Notes: a model not told the origin generated them from the sequence alone. Shown: positions 36,340 through 48,780, numbered from the whole stretch's first letter. The stretch: DNA of 63,451 nucleotides, filler included, from Diploschistes diacapsis (GCA_023645945.1; 6 parts of 6 records of this genome joined end to end with filler, not necessarily neighbours in it); one strand, 5' to 3'. Program-made: numbers and translations.

Positions 36340-38448
36340 GGAGTAAAGATGTTCAGGACCTCTTGCACGAGTTGAAGCAGTTCGACTTTCTCAATATACA
36401 ACGTGACCTTGCCGACGTGACGATCTGGATATAGCAAAGAGCATGGACGAATTGGTCAAAGTGTGCAAGCAGAACTTGTATCTGAAATATACAGATCGAA
36501 TCGTGGCAGGTATGCTCGGTCTATCCGTAATAATCCTGAAATACTTTTGATAAGGCACGATCCACGAGTGGTCATCCTTTTTCTCCTTTGGTACAAGAAG
36601 CACAATCCTCGTTCGAACAGGCTCACCTTATACGAAAGTCTATGGAAATTGATCAGACAGCTCTATTATGATCGAACACAGTGCCCAATGCCAGATAAGG
36701 TCGGTAAATCCGTTGTAAATGTAACAGCCTCCATGTACCCTTTTGCAGTAGATGTGCTCGATCATGCTAGTATTTCCAAACAAAATTCTATAAAAATAAT
36801 TCACTGGTCCGTGCATGAAGGAGAAGTATACTGTTGGCCACCATACTCTTCTCGGAATGCTTTATTATCATTGGACCTTTGACACCTCAACATATCCTAT
36901 TGAACGTGAACGAGTTCAACTGGCAGCAATCCTGCTCTTCCTGGGGAAAAGGAAACGTCCAGCTCCCAAAAGGATCACATTATATGAAAATAGGCAATGC
37001 CCTGCCATGTGCCCTATTGTTCACTTTCTAGCGTTGGCCTTCGCTGACAATGCTTTCCATCCAGAGCTATACAACTTAGGCCTCACTCCCGCCAAATTGC
37101 ATTCCTTCCGAAACCCCGAAGGGCGTATAACCATTGAATCTAAATTTTGGGACGAGATCCTAGATGTACCGTTGTTTCGAGCTTGGCATTCTACCTTGGA
37201 GGGAGTTCAGGTGCACGCGGTAAAGCCTCTGTCGGCCAAGAACGTCAACAGAGAGTCTAAACGACTTGGTCAGCAAGCTGGTTTGCCACACGCCTTTAGT
37301 CCGTACTGCCTGAGACGTGAGGTTGGTACTGAATTGACGGATGAGTAAATCAACTGAAACATGATCCCGTTCTAACTCGACATAGACAGAGGCGTCAGTG
37401 ATCAACAACGCAATCAGATCCTTGGGCATGCACGATCTGAGACGTTCTTGAAGCACTACATTTCGTCCAGCGTAATAGTCGATGTACAGGCCACATTTCT
37501 TGGTGGGGAGTCGAAATCTGGTCTTATCAGATAGATGAGTAAACTAACCCTGCGCCGCGATCCAAACCTACCCAAATAGCTGTCTCAAGCTCAGAAACAT
37601 CAAGCCCATCAGCAGAATGATGTTCAGCAAGCACAAACAGAATTTCAATCGCTTGGCCAGCAACTAAAAGCCACGTATGGTTATATCAATAAAGCGCCGA
37701 AAGACTGCGAGATACGTGTCGCTCGGGAGGCACTGAGAGTCAAGGTCAGTTGTGTCAAGTTAAGATACGAGCGCATCGCCTTCGAAGACTATTTGAAAAC
37801 TTCCATTCCAATGCTGACCTCGAACATATGATGCTGCAGCTTAAGGACGAGGAGTCAATGAAGCAGTCTATGCTCGCGCTAACACAATATGCGCTCCCAG
37901 AGCGTAACAGCTTGGCGGATTCTCTGTTTGCGTCAGCAACTTCCGATGATTTTTCGAAGATTGTAGAGACAATGATTAAGCTTTGTCGTCTCTATGAGCC
38001 AAAGCGTAATGTTCCAGTGAAAACAGCTTCAGCCAGAGATATATGAACACTTAATTTCGAACGACCAGAATCACACTTCATGCATATACCACTAGTGGCC
38101 CACCCTGGAACAAAATCGCCATCTAGTAATGGTATATATAGTGCTCGCCAAAATTATGCTCCTTTGGACTTACTGGGCAAACAACCTAGCTCAAATCAAC
38201 ACTCGAATCAACAAAGAGGAACTCTCCCGCGCAAGGTGTGTCTATTCTGTTATAGTCCAACAGCAGCAAACCATGTATACAAGCGTCAGGACCATCTAAG
38301 GAGACACTATAGAACTCACCATTTTCAGTACCAAATTGATCCATTCTTGTGCCCTGTTCCTGGTTGTTCTTTACTCATCAAAGGTCCCGATCAGTTCTAT
38401 AGACATACAACATCTGTGAGTAAAGGCATCCATAATAAAAAAATGTGA
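36340..38448 (+). pseudogene. DUF3435 tyrosine recombinase (Starship captain-like) with a C-terminal C2H2 zinc finger, inactivated
   Basis: HW.FD...YPIERERVQLAAILLF, MCPIVHFLALAFADNAF, LGQQAG...YCLRRE (37304), QRNQILGH (37421), FLKHYIS..V.VDVQA.FLG (Tyr 37457), RRDPNLP and CLFC...KRQDHLRRHYRTHH...CPVPGC. TAG stops lie at 36432, 37532 and 37577. Confidence 0.88.
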
Positions 38449-41022
38449 CTCATGAAGCACGACCAGGTCCACTGGAATCTTTCAATCTATGAATGAATCA
38501 GACAAGGCTTGTTGCAGTATATTATAAAAGATCATTTTTACGGGCCATCACTTCTAGGATTGCTCGCCGTATCATAGAATATTATCCTTACATACCTATA
38601 TTCAGCGCTATAAATCAGGTCCTGCTCCTCGTTGGCAAGCTAGAAGCCCAACGTAATCGAGCACTTCTCCCCGTTCTGCTTCAAAGAACCTCTAGCATTA
38701 CTCAAGAGCCCATTTGATACGTTTCCGCCAACACACCCAACTTCCTTGACCTCTTCCATGGAGCATAATCTCTCTCAAGGCAGCCAACATAGAATATTCC
38801 GTATTCTTCACTGTCAAACTTCCGAGGAATGGCTTAACCAGTACAATTTTCTAAAAAGCTTTTTATGCATGAAAGGTCGAAATGGAGCCTCGTCCTGGTC
38901 ATTCTGTAGTAGTGATACATGAGCTATTGGCTGCATAGACATAAATATCGTAAGCTTTTACTCTACAGACCACGCCAGACCATATAAGACCTTGACTTCT
39001 TTGGCAGAATTTCTCGACCATCCCTCCAGTACTCAAGCAGTATCTACTCCCAACTTACAACATGTCGAAGCCGATCCATGCATATCTATCTACTATTACA
39101 AACATCCGAATTATATAATTTAGTATTCTCTAAGCCAATAATCAGTGCAATTCTATATGCATTTATTATAAATAACGCTGAGGCATAATCTATATTAGGG
39201 ACCTTAAATATATTCTTAACCCGTCAGCATTTCTTCTTTCTTTTTATTATCTTCTCACGGTACTATCTGAGCTGTTAATTTATTAATTATACTTTTAATC
39301 ATTATATTTATTGCCCATCAAGGTGACGCCGAGCAAGGCCGTAATATTATAACATCCCTTACGACTTGCGACTGGCCACAGAGCTCCTTCTCAGAAACAT
39401 TACATGATATTGATTGCAACATACGGGTTGGAACTCCTAGCTGCTCTACCAGTATTTAGCGCGATGCTTCTGGTCTTTCAATAAATGGCCAAGGGCCTGA
39501 GCTTCTTGATCATGCCGACTGGAACAATTCTTTAAACAACGTGAATACTGGTGCCAATATTCTCAGAGATCTATCCCAACGAGAGCATCAAAATCATACG
39601 ACGGAAGCTGACGATGCGAAACTTGCAGACTATGCGCAATCTACACTCGTTGGACAACTGATCCGACTCCCACACGATGAATCCAGCAAGGCTTCCATCT
39701 ATACTGCTGGTGCAGGTATAGCAACGTCACTTAACATGATGATTCAGCCTCGACAACAATAGATGGGCCAATCTCGAAATCATAGTGCTCAGCGAAGATG
39801 GCAATGAGGATAATGATCAACATTGATCAGCAATATTAGGATTAAATATCAGTTCCAACATAAGGGGGGCTTCTAGGACGGTCATATTCGACAATAGAAG
39901 AGGCTTCTTGCTTTGACAGAGACGGGACGTAAGCATCCAGGAGTGATTCAACAGAACACCAAGCTATAGTCTTGGATCCTGACCTAGGAGCATCACGAGA
40001 ATTACTAAATGCAGGTATGCCATTGACAGAGAAAGTCTTGCGCACTGATGTTCCAGTATTAGTTTCAATGTTACATCTTTACCCTTTCATTTTTGTGTCT
40101 TATGCAATACCTGAATGAATTAAGTAGATATATTGTTTTGCACGAAGCCAGCTTTATGGAACTCGCGGCATTGCTTTCCTTGTAATAAAGACCTTTTAAG
40201 AAAAGGCGATTAGATTAAAGCTCGACTTATTAAGGTATATAAGATTCGTGTATAATGAAGTACGATCCGTGTATGAATCTCCCCTGCCGTTGGATGGGAA
40301 GCTATGAATCGCTAGTCTGGTTATGAGACGACTTATTAGATTGTTGCCACTGCTCGTTGCATGACAAGATAGGGGTCAACTGTTTCACCCATCCTCATTT
40401 CTCTCGATAGGTCTCTCTGACCTTCTGTGGTGGGTACTTGTTGGCGTCTCCTTTTCCTCAGGTTGATTTCGAATTATTTAGTTCCAGCTCGCTACTACCA
40501 GTTTGGCAGTGCTTGACGATGCTTCTACAGATAGATGCCACTTCGCAGATCTTTGAGTTGACAATCGGAGAAAGAATTAACCAGTCGTTATCCTCTGTCA
40601 GAAAATATCATACCATTTATCGTCGAATACAACAGGAGATTCATTAAGTATTGAAGTCCTTTGGACATCGCTCGCATTCCTTGCCAGGTATGGCAGGATA
40701 AATCTACTCTTAAATAACCTGACTGCATCAGATAGACAGCATATGGAACCTCCCAGATATCTCTGCATATCCAAGTCACACTCCAGGCAGATTCGGAGTT
40801 TCAGATGGTCAAAGCTATTCTCTTCTCTTATCCAATGATGGATTCAACGATATACTCACGCTTGATATCTAGTGGCTTCTAGAAATCTCATGCTCACAAT
40901 GGACAACACATACCATATACCTCAACAGAATAAAAGGCTGTAGATATCCATTGGCCATTCTTTCTTCTCTACAATTCTCACCTTCTATCATTTCTTTATG
41001 CTATAGTCCCACAACTGGTAAC

Positions 41023-41650
41023 ATGACCAATCTCTCTCAGGCCAACGAGCACGAAGAGCACTATCTTAAAGAATCTTTTGTGACTGGTGATATGCAACAA
41101 CACACCCCTGGCATTTCCAGACGACTTCAATAACCATGTGTCAGATGGCATGGACCGATTTGAATCCTGGAACTTCTTCAACAGTATGGATTACTATACG
41201 CCAAACAGCATGGAGCAGTACGGATTTTATGCTCCCTACAGCGATATGTACTTAGATAGTGCGAACAGTATGGAGCCAGACGAATCCTACAAGTTTTTTG
41301 ATGATGGACTTCGATCAGTTGACTGGCAGCATGAATGACGACAGAATCGATCCTCCTCTTGCCGGAACCGACAACACTGACTTGGATTTTCGCGTGGGTC
41401 CTGTTGCAATGGGTGCTTCATACGACACTAGCGACTCTACTACTTTCGATTCGTGGATGGATGTTCCAGCCATCCAGGATAAAGACTATGAACATCAGCC
41501 AGGATCACAGAACGATGAAAGTCAAAATAATCCTGGGCCGTACGACAATCAAATCATGTCAGTTATATTGGTGGAGAAGAAGGATTGTATTGCTCTGCAA
41601 GAGATGTCTGTAAGCGGATTATATACATTCTGTATGACTAATCATGTCCC
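41023..41650 (+). pseudogene. Frameshifted acidic, Met/Tyr-rich hypothetical gene
   Basis: Three overlapping ORFs in successive frames (MTNLSQANEH..., ...NSMDYYTPNSMEQYGF..., ...MDFDQLTGSMNDDRIDPPL...) appear to form one protein. Confidence 0.45.
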
Positions 41651-41678
41651 CCTGCTCCTGCTCCTTCTCACACTCCCC

Positions 41679-42320
41679 CTAATTCGGTTGCATTGCATCT
41701 TCGTATACTCCTTCTGAAAAGTCTGAGATATCCGATGCAGCTTCCTCTTCGGGGAGCTTCGCCCTAGGCCTGAGTCCCAAACGGGTTTTCTTTCTCCTAT
41801 TCTCCTTTGCCCTTACTATTTCCCTATCTTCTTTTATCTTCAGGCTCTTGTAGCCTTTATCACCGAAATATTTGAATATCGTCTTGACGTTAGAAAGATC
41901 CTTCAAATATATCTAAGTAATGGTATCTGCATTCGATAACATTGAGCCAGTAATATCCTTAAATTCCTTATATTTCCTTTTCTAGTTGCTGCATTTAGTT
42001 TTAAGTCGCAATATCTCTTGATTCTAAAGGTTTATTTTTGTTTCGATTAAGGTCATAACGTTTTTAATAAATTAGAAATCGTTAGCTGGTTTTAGATAAA
42101 ATATGATCGTAAGCGTTTCTAAGTATTTTAATTTAAAAACTATTAAGTATTTTAAAAATATAATCTATTTTGATTCTCGAAATGATGCAAGGATAGGAAT
42201 CTCTAAAACAAAAATATTAAATTAAGGATTAATATTTAAATCGATAAAAAGATATCGGAACGATAGAAAAAAACCTTTTAATAAAGGAACTTTCATTGAT
42301 AGAAAAACATTAGATAACTC
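41679..42320 (-). mobile_element. Very AT-rich, RIP-like repeat remnant with a stop-interrupted ORF
   Basis: One frame reads ...LIETKINL*NQEILRLKTKCSN*KRKYKEFKDITGSMLSNADTIT*IYLKDLSNVKTIF...; TpA excess is strong and the tract runs into the contig end. Confidence 0.5.
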
Positions 42321-42420
42321 NNNNNNNNNNNNNNNNNNNNNNNNNNNNNNNNNNNNNNNNNNNNTTAATTAATTAANNNNNNNNNNNNNNNNNNNNNNNN
42401 NNNNNNNNNNNNNNNNNNNN
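42321..42420. other. Artificial contig spacer
   Basis: N44-TTAATTAATTAA-N44. Confidence 0.97.
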
Positions 42421-42936
42421 GGGAGGAGGAGGAGGAAGAGGGAGGAAGATGAGGGGCGAGGGGGACGCATTGTGGTGGTCGTGACGGAGCGAACCCCGGG
42501 CGTTTGTTGACTCTGGGATAAGCGAGCGCGCTCTGCGGGTGGGGAGGAGAGTTGAGGATGCGAGCTTTGAGTTTGCGGTTCGTATGCGAAGGGAGTGGGG
42601 ATTTCAGAGCGAATTTGTAGCTGACTGGAGGATGAAATTATGGAGATGCGACGAAGAGAGAATGAGCAGGATGTGTGGTGCGATAATTGGGTGTTCTGCT
42701 GCATGTGCAATCAGTCAACTTTACCATTGGCCATTTCGCTCCGGCAACGCTTTTTCTTGGCATCAATCCTCTAACCTGATGCCTTGGTTGACCTGTGGAG
42801 AAATCCTCAGTTTCCAATCATTTTCGCCAGTCTTTTACTGCGTGAAGCTCATTCTGGTTCTCTCAATGTCTTCTATTGTAGAATAGATGCTCCATGCGCG
42901 GAAGTTGTTGCAATCGTGACGTTCAAAAGCCTGCAC

Positions 42937-44361
42937 ATGTTCTTGGCGTGTACCACCTCGCAGCATGGCTTGCGGAAAAAATCTCTCCATTTGAAGGCCT
43001 CTCTTTCTCGCACTCAGGTTTTTCAGCTTCATATTGATGGTCGAGCCCGACTATCGAATTTTTGGATTCCCACAGGAGGTATTGCCTACCAAGAAAATGT
43101 CAAAGAAGATTCGAATGCGCTCCTTATACGGGGCGGCTTCATGCGCCAGTCACACGCCGGGGTTTTCCAACTGCTACCCCTTGGCCTACGAGTGCAGAAA
43201 AAAATCGAGGATTTACTGGACAAGCACATGAGTAGGCTTGGGGCATCCAAAGTCTCTCTTTCTACTTTATCTTCCGAAGAAATCTGGAGGCAATCGGGAA
43301 GGCTCCAGAACGATAGGGCCGAGCTCTTCCATGTAGAAGACCGCAAGGGGTCCAAGTTTCTGCTCGCACCCACCCACGAGGAAGAGATCACAACTCTCGT
43401 CGGTGGCCTAGTTCATTCGTACAAAGACCTACCATTGCGACTGTACCAAATCGGCCGCAAGTATCGAGATGAGCTGCGACCTAGGGAGGGGCTTCTAAGG
43501 ACGAGAGAATTTCTCATGAAGGATCTCTATACATTCGATATTTCAAAGGAAAAAGCCTTGGAAACTTATGAGATTGTTCGAGCGGCTTACTCTGCGTTTT
43601 TCAAGGAATTCAAAACTCCCTATCTGATCGCCGACGCAGATTCTGGGAGCATCGGAGGGGACATCAACCATGAATATCACATTGCCTCTGAAAAGGGCGA
43701 GGACATTGTTTACTCATGCAAGTCTTGCGGCTTCAACGTTAATGAGGAGCTCCTTGGAAGCAATAGCTCGCTAAATAAAGAAAAGGGGGTTTGCAGTTGC
43801 TCAAAGTGCTCGTCCCAGATGGAGAGCGTGAAGACCATCGAGCTTGGACATACCTTCTATCTTGGCACTAAATACAGTAAACCCTTAGGTGCCGTGATTA
43901 CAACAAAAGACTCGGGACACGCGACTTTGGATTTAGCCGCAAACAGGCAAGATGCTGCAGCATGCACTCCTATGGAGATGGGATGCCATGGTATCGGAAT
44001 TTCACGACTAATAGCTGGCATGGCCAACGTTCTCTCTGATGACAAGGGCCTCAACTGGCCCGGAGTCATAGCTCCTTTCGAAACGGTCATTATTAGTACA
44101 TCGAGAACAGAGGAACCTGCGAGTCAGCTTGCCGGCCAACTCTCGCATACGGTGGATGCCATATTAGATGATCGCGACCAGAGCTTGGTGTGGAAGATGA
44201 AAGATGCGGATTTGATCGGCTACCCTGTCCTCGTCATATTCGGACGAGCATGGGCTAAGGAAGGTAAATGCGAGGTTCAGTGTCGGCGATTGGGCGTTCG
44301 AGAGAACGTTGCACGCGAAGTTGTGCCCGAATTTGTCCAGTCACTTGTGGCTAAACTATGA
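42937..44361 (+). CDS. AIM10: Mitochondrial (bacterial-type) prolyl-tRNA synthetase; start uncertain
   Basis: LLIRGGFMRQSHAGVFQLLPLGLRV, LAPTHEEEIT, LPLRLYQIGRKYRDELRPR.GLLRTREFLMKDLY, IELGHTFYLGTKYS, MGCHGIGISRL and DADLIGYP. Confidence 0.93.
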   Translation: MFLACTTSQHGLRKKSLHLKASLSRTQVFQLHIDGRARLSNFWIPTGGIAYQENVKEDSNALLIRGGFMRQSHAGVFQLLPLGLRVQKKIEDLLDKHMSRLGASKVSLSTLSSEEIWRQSGRLQNDRAELFHVEDRKGSKFLLAPTHEEEITTLVGGLVHSYKDLPLRLYQIGRKYRDELRPREGLLRTREFLMKDLYTFDISKEKALETYEIVRAAYSAFFKEFKTPYLIADADSGSIGGDINHEYHIASEKGEDIVYSCKSCGFNVNEELLGSNSSLNKEKGVCSCSKCSSQMESVKTIELGHTFYLGTKYSKPLGAVITTKDSGHATLDLAANRQDAAACTPMEMGCHGIGISRLIAGMANVLSDDKGLNWPGVIAPFETVIISTSRTEEPASQLAGQLSHTVDAILDDRDQSLVWKMKDADLIGYPVLVIFGRAWAKEGKCEVQCRRLGVRENVAREVVPEFVQSLVAKL

Positions 44362-44769
44362 TGGATTAGGGAACCATCGGATTGTAGAGTACTGCAGATC
44401 CAGGTCCTTCGCCCCGGTCCGCAATGCTACTTGCCCCATAAGAGCACAGAGCGAGAGAAAAAGACTTACTTACGGAGTGACTGTTACAGTGCCCCTGAAG
44501 CGACACAGACTTGAGCATGGCATGCAAGGGCCATGCTTCATTGAGCTGGAGTACTCTCTGCAACCGCCATCAAGCAAATAACAGTTTCGGGCTGGGACTG
44601 CACCGCCTCGCTTGAAGGGCATTCTTGAGCAATCTCTCCTCATCTCTATCAGCTCAAAAGTTGATGAGATGAAACCGGAAGATTTTCCTCCCCTCCACCG
44701 TTCCCGAAGAGGCCATATATGCGCTGATCGGTAGTCTCAAGTTACCAGGACTTACCAATGTCGAGAGGT

Positions 44770-45800
44770 TGGGCTCTCAAGGAGCATATCATCTAGTCTA
44801 CGTTCTTGACTTTAACCCAGCGTCTCTCCAAACGATCCTCGCGCCACTGCAACTCAATCATCCTCACAGCCCAACCTCTCGCCTGCTCCGAATCTCCCGC
44901 TCCCATCTCCCGCTCTCAAGACCGAGACCGAGAGTGCTATCCTTACCTGCGTTTACCGCCACACGTCCACCTCCGTCCCCACCATCATCCGCTTCTCCTC
45001 CACAAATAGCAACCGCCTGGGACACGACTACCAACTCATGATGGTCCTATCGGACTCTCCCATCCTCTAAACCCTCTACTCCCTCCTAACTACCCGCATC
45101 GGCGGCCTCCGATTCTTCACCCAACCCTCACGCCCCCCTTCGGGCCTCGACCCCACCACCGCCTCCATCGCCCCCAGGTCCGGCTACGAAGAATTCCACT
45201 GGCAAACCCCTAGCATATCCCAACACTAGCACGCCTATAACCTCCCAACGAAATGCCCGCCACTCTCAACGCCTACGGTCCCTTCACTTCCTTCACCCCC
45301 TACTTGCACGCCTGCCTGCAAAACAAATCTGCATCCTCGCGTGCTATCTGCACCTTGCTCCCTTCCGATCCCTCATCCCAGCTCTCCGCTACCTCTGCGA
45401 CCCTTCTCTCATATCAGACCTTCGTCCAGCACACCAATCTCGATAATATGCCCTCACCCTAGCCTACCATGACCTGCATTTCTCCAAGATTCTTTTTTGT
45501 ATCACTACGGGTGAGTTCACCGGCATCGTAGACTGGGAGTTCGCCGGCACGGCGCCCCTGTGCCGCTGGGACCCGCCGCTTGCGTTCCTGGCGAGCAGGC
45601 TCTAAGTGGATAAGGATGTGAATTTCCAGGAAGAGGAGATGGGTAGAGGCCTTTAGGAGGGGGTGCGGGGAGAGGGAGAGGATGGTTTGGGAAGAGAAAA
45701 GGGGCGATTGGGAGTGAGATGAAAAGGGGGGGTGCTCGGTTGGGCGGCGAGCGGAGAATTGTGGCGGGGGTGGAGACTGGGAGGTAATTGCCGAAGTGAT
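44770..45800 (+). pseudogene. Aminoglycoside phosphotransferase (APH)-like kinase-fold pseudogene
   Basis: Fragments GAYHLVYVL, LRISR.HLP, GPFTSF..YL, YHDLHFSKIL (45468) and TGIVDWEFAG..PL.RWDPP.AFL (45531) lie in different frames with stops. Confidence 0.7.
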
Positions 45801-46799
45801 GGAGGAAGGCGGTTAAGGGGGGTTCCGGGGGGTAGTTGAAAAGGAGAGACAAGGGCTCACTTTCTTACCTGTGGCTTTTGTGTGGCGCGTTATCACCCCA
45901 CAACACGACACAATTCGTGCATATATCGCCCATTTGCGTCCCTTCTGTTTGCAAATCAAGGCCTAATCGTGGGCATTTGTTATACCATTCAGCCTGCACA
46001 CAGATATAAGGATAAGAGGTATAAACGCGTAGGTATAGATGACGTCTGAATATGTCTTTTGCCGCTCAATCTCAAGGGGGACAACGCGGCGGACACGTAT
46101 GGGTACTACACCCGTGTCGACTGTTTCCAATTTACACGTTTTGTAGCACTTTATGAAGCGCGTGACAAGAAGCATGAATCTCAAAATCTCCCTTCTTTAC
46201 GATTTTAGCCGGTATGATGGCTATCATACCCAAGCCATGGCAACAACAGATGGGCAGGCAGTCTGGCCACACCGATTCCGCCACATCCCACTGCCTGGTC
46301 TAAAAGGACAGCTTTCTTCCAAAGCGCCATACATAAGAATATGATCATGTGATACTAAATAGAAATTAAGTCAGAGACAGGTACGCTACATCTCGGCAGC
46401 TGCTGGCTAGTCTCTACTTAACTCTCGTGGGAGGAGGAGGATCCTAGCAACCTGATCAATAATAAGCTTTTGCAATTAGCAATAATACTGCAGTCCCACG
46501 AGCAAAAAGCTGCAATCTCTACCACTTCTCGACGAGCACATTGGTCCATACCGTTGAGGCTGTCATAGTCCCTGTCCTAGCTGAACCTCATCCTTCCCCT
46601 TCGCCAACACATCTTCACCCCCAAAACCCTCACATGCGGTTGTCGATCATTTGAGGGTTCTCTGTTGTCGAATGCTTCCGGATATTGGTGCCCTTACAGT
46701 ATTTGCATTTTTTGGGCTCGTCAGCCTTGGATTTCTGGAACGCTTCCCAGCTCATGTTACACTTGTTGCACCACATGTCAAACCTCCACATAAGAGCGC

Positions 46800-48780
46800 C
46801 AGGATTGGGTTTGGTTCCTCCTCAAGAATCAAGCTCAGCGTCGTCCGGGACAGACCCAGCCCGTTGGATTTCAGAGACAGAATTTGCGACAACCGCACCT
46901 GATTCTTGGGCATATAGTAGTTCATAGAAATCCTGTGCCAAATCTGCATCTTGTTCGCCCAGCGCATCATATCCTAAATCGTTGCTCTGGAGGTCCCCAT
47001 CGCGAGGGGCATGCCAATGAGGGCCTGCTAGGGAAAACGGGAACAACCACCAAGAGCGCGAGGAAAGGTGTACGCATCTTGTAGAAGTTGGGGAACCTGA
47101 TGGACAGCAGGCCAAGGAAACGCAGAGCCCGACCTCGGTAGTTTTTATAATAGTTCACTTGCCTTTAATTGGATGTATCACTAATCCAACATAAGGATGC
47201 TTGGGCGTTCCTGCGTTCTAAGAGAAGGTATACCGTTGCCCTGCCGAGTAAAAGGTTCCATCAAGCGAAGTATCGAAGAGCTGCGGAAGAGCTTTGTACT
47301 TCCTGCAAGGCCGGCCGCTTTTGCCTTGCACTGACAGGACGACATTTTTGGCTTTCATCCCATTGATGGCAGTCGGCTAATGGCTCGTTACGTTGACGTG
47401 ATAAATCTTGATATTCATGAACGTTTGCTTAACGATCTACAGAAGACGCCACCTCAAGTATCCCATGCGTTGTCCAGTTTGCCAAGACATGCTAGTTCCA
47501 ATATGGTAATTAATTATCTTATTAGGGTATATTGCCCTGAATGAGTGGCGACTTGCCATCTGATTTACCGGGGGAAAGGGTTACCTCCCTAAGCCAAGAT
47601 GCTCTCCGTTTTGGATGAAAGTGTTACCCAATTAGGCCGATATATCTTCCGCATCAGAATGGTGGCTCGACGAAGCCCGGTTTGTCAATCTTGTCCGATC
47701 TAAAACCCTTCGTAAATACTGCGTGGCGCTCATCCAGGGCAAGGTCAATACAATGCCTAACCGAATCCACACCTCTGCCAGCCCAATCACGCTCATTTTC
47801 ACTGCCTTCTTTATCGCAAACAGAGTTCATTTTCTTTGGAGCTCACCCACTTGCTTCAGCAGAGCGTCTGATGTTGCCAGATCGACCTTCCGGATTTCTG
47901 CTTGATTACTTGTGCTTGCCCGAAGTTCGGACCAAGAACCCAAGTCAGATTCGCTATGAGTATTGACAAGGAAGCAAGCTATCCTGCAACCGTCACCAGC
48001 GTCGAGCAGAAGTCGTGGGTAGATCCACTCCACGCATCAAACTTCTCGTACGAGTTCATCTCCTCGAAGCTTCCATATTTCGTACGGCGACAATGTTCTG
48101 TGTTTCAGGTAATGGCCTTTGACGTGTAGTCCCAAGTTTTGGTCTAGGAGGAGGTTCTCTAAGAGCCTCGCCATCCTCAACCTTGCATTCTTCTTCTTCT
48201 TCTTCTTCTTCTTCTTCTTCTTCTTCTTCTTCTTCTTCTTCTTCTTCTTCTTCTTCTTCTTCTTCTTCTTCTTCTCCTTCTTCTTCTTCTTCTTCTTCTT
48301 CCTTGCCCGCAAGGAGCCCCCTCACCGCTTGACCACTCCACTTTAGCCTTGACGCGACTTCTTGCTTGCTCTCCTTTCCCACCCAACTTGCAGGTCTGCC
48401 TGGTGTCTCGGCCTGGTTTCTCCTGATATGTGTGTGTGTGTGCCCTTCACTTGTGGCCCTGCTGGTCGATTGATCGCAATGTCGCATCCATTGGCTCGTT
48501 CTTCGATCCTTGGCCCTTCATGCACGCCTCAGCACTTTAAATCGAGCCCCTTGGTGCAAGGTGTTTCGATGGCGTTGGCTTGACGTTTGCGGATCTATCG
48601 CCAAGTGAGCAAATTGATGTACTCGCTCCAAGCAGTTTTCCGCCAAGGATCCTCGTATCTCGAGCCGTAGCGTTTTCCCTTGTTGGTTACAGACCGGCCA
48701 AGTAGTGCTGGAGCAGGTGGCTAACTGGAACAGTCGCTCTATCGTATGTTTTTCACCTTTCATTCGAGACCATCACCATC
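46800..48780 (-). pseudogene. Decayed hypothetical gene, possibly F-box-like
   Basis: Protein-like fragments ARLLENLLLDQNLGLHVK, WIYPRLLLDAGDGCRIACFLV and DLAQDFYELLYAQE separated by stops and frameshifts. Confidence 0.3.
48188..48301. repeat. (TTC)n/(GAA)n microsatellite, about 38 units with one interruption
   Basis: Read directly from the sequence. Confidence 0.95.

Larger units (their letters stand above)
35900..42320 (+). mobile_element. Putative derelict Starship-like element, 5' part; boundaries not defined
   Basis: Captain-like gene followed by AT-rich decayed ORFs up to the contig end, with no housekeeping genes. Confidence 0.45.

Noticed and set aside
48037..48487. Poly-K, poly-E, poly-R and poly-F ORFs
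   Set aside because: Translations of the TTC microsatellite in different frames
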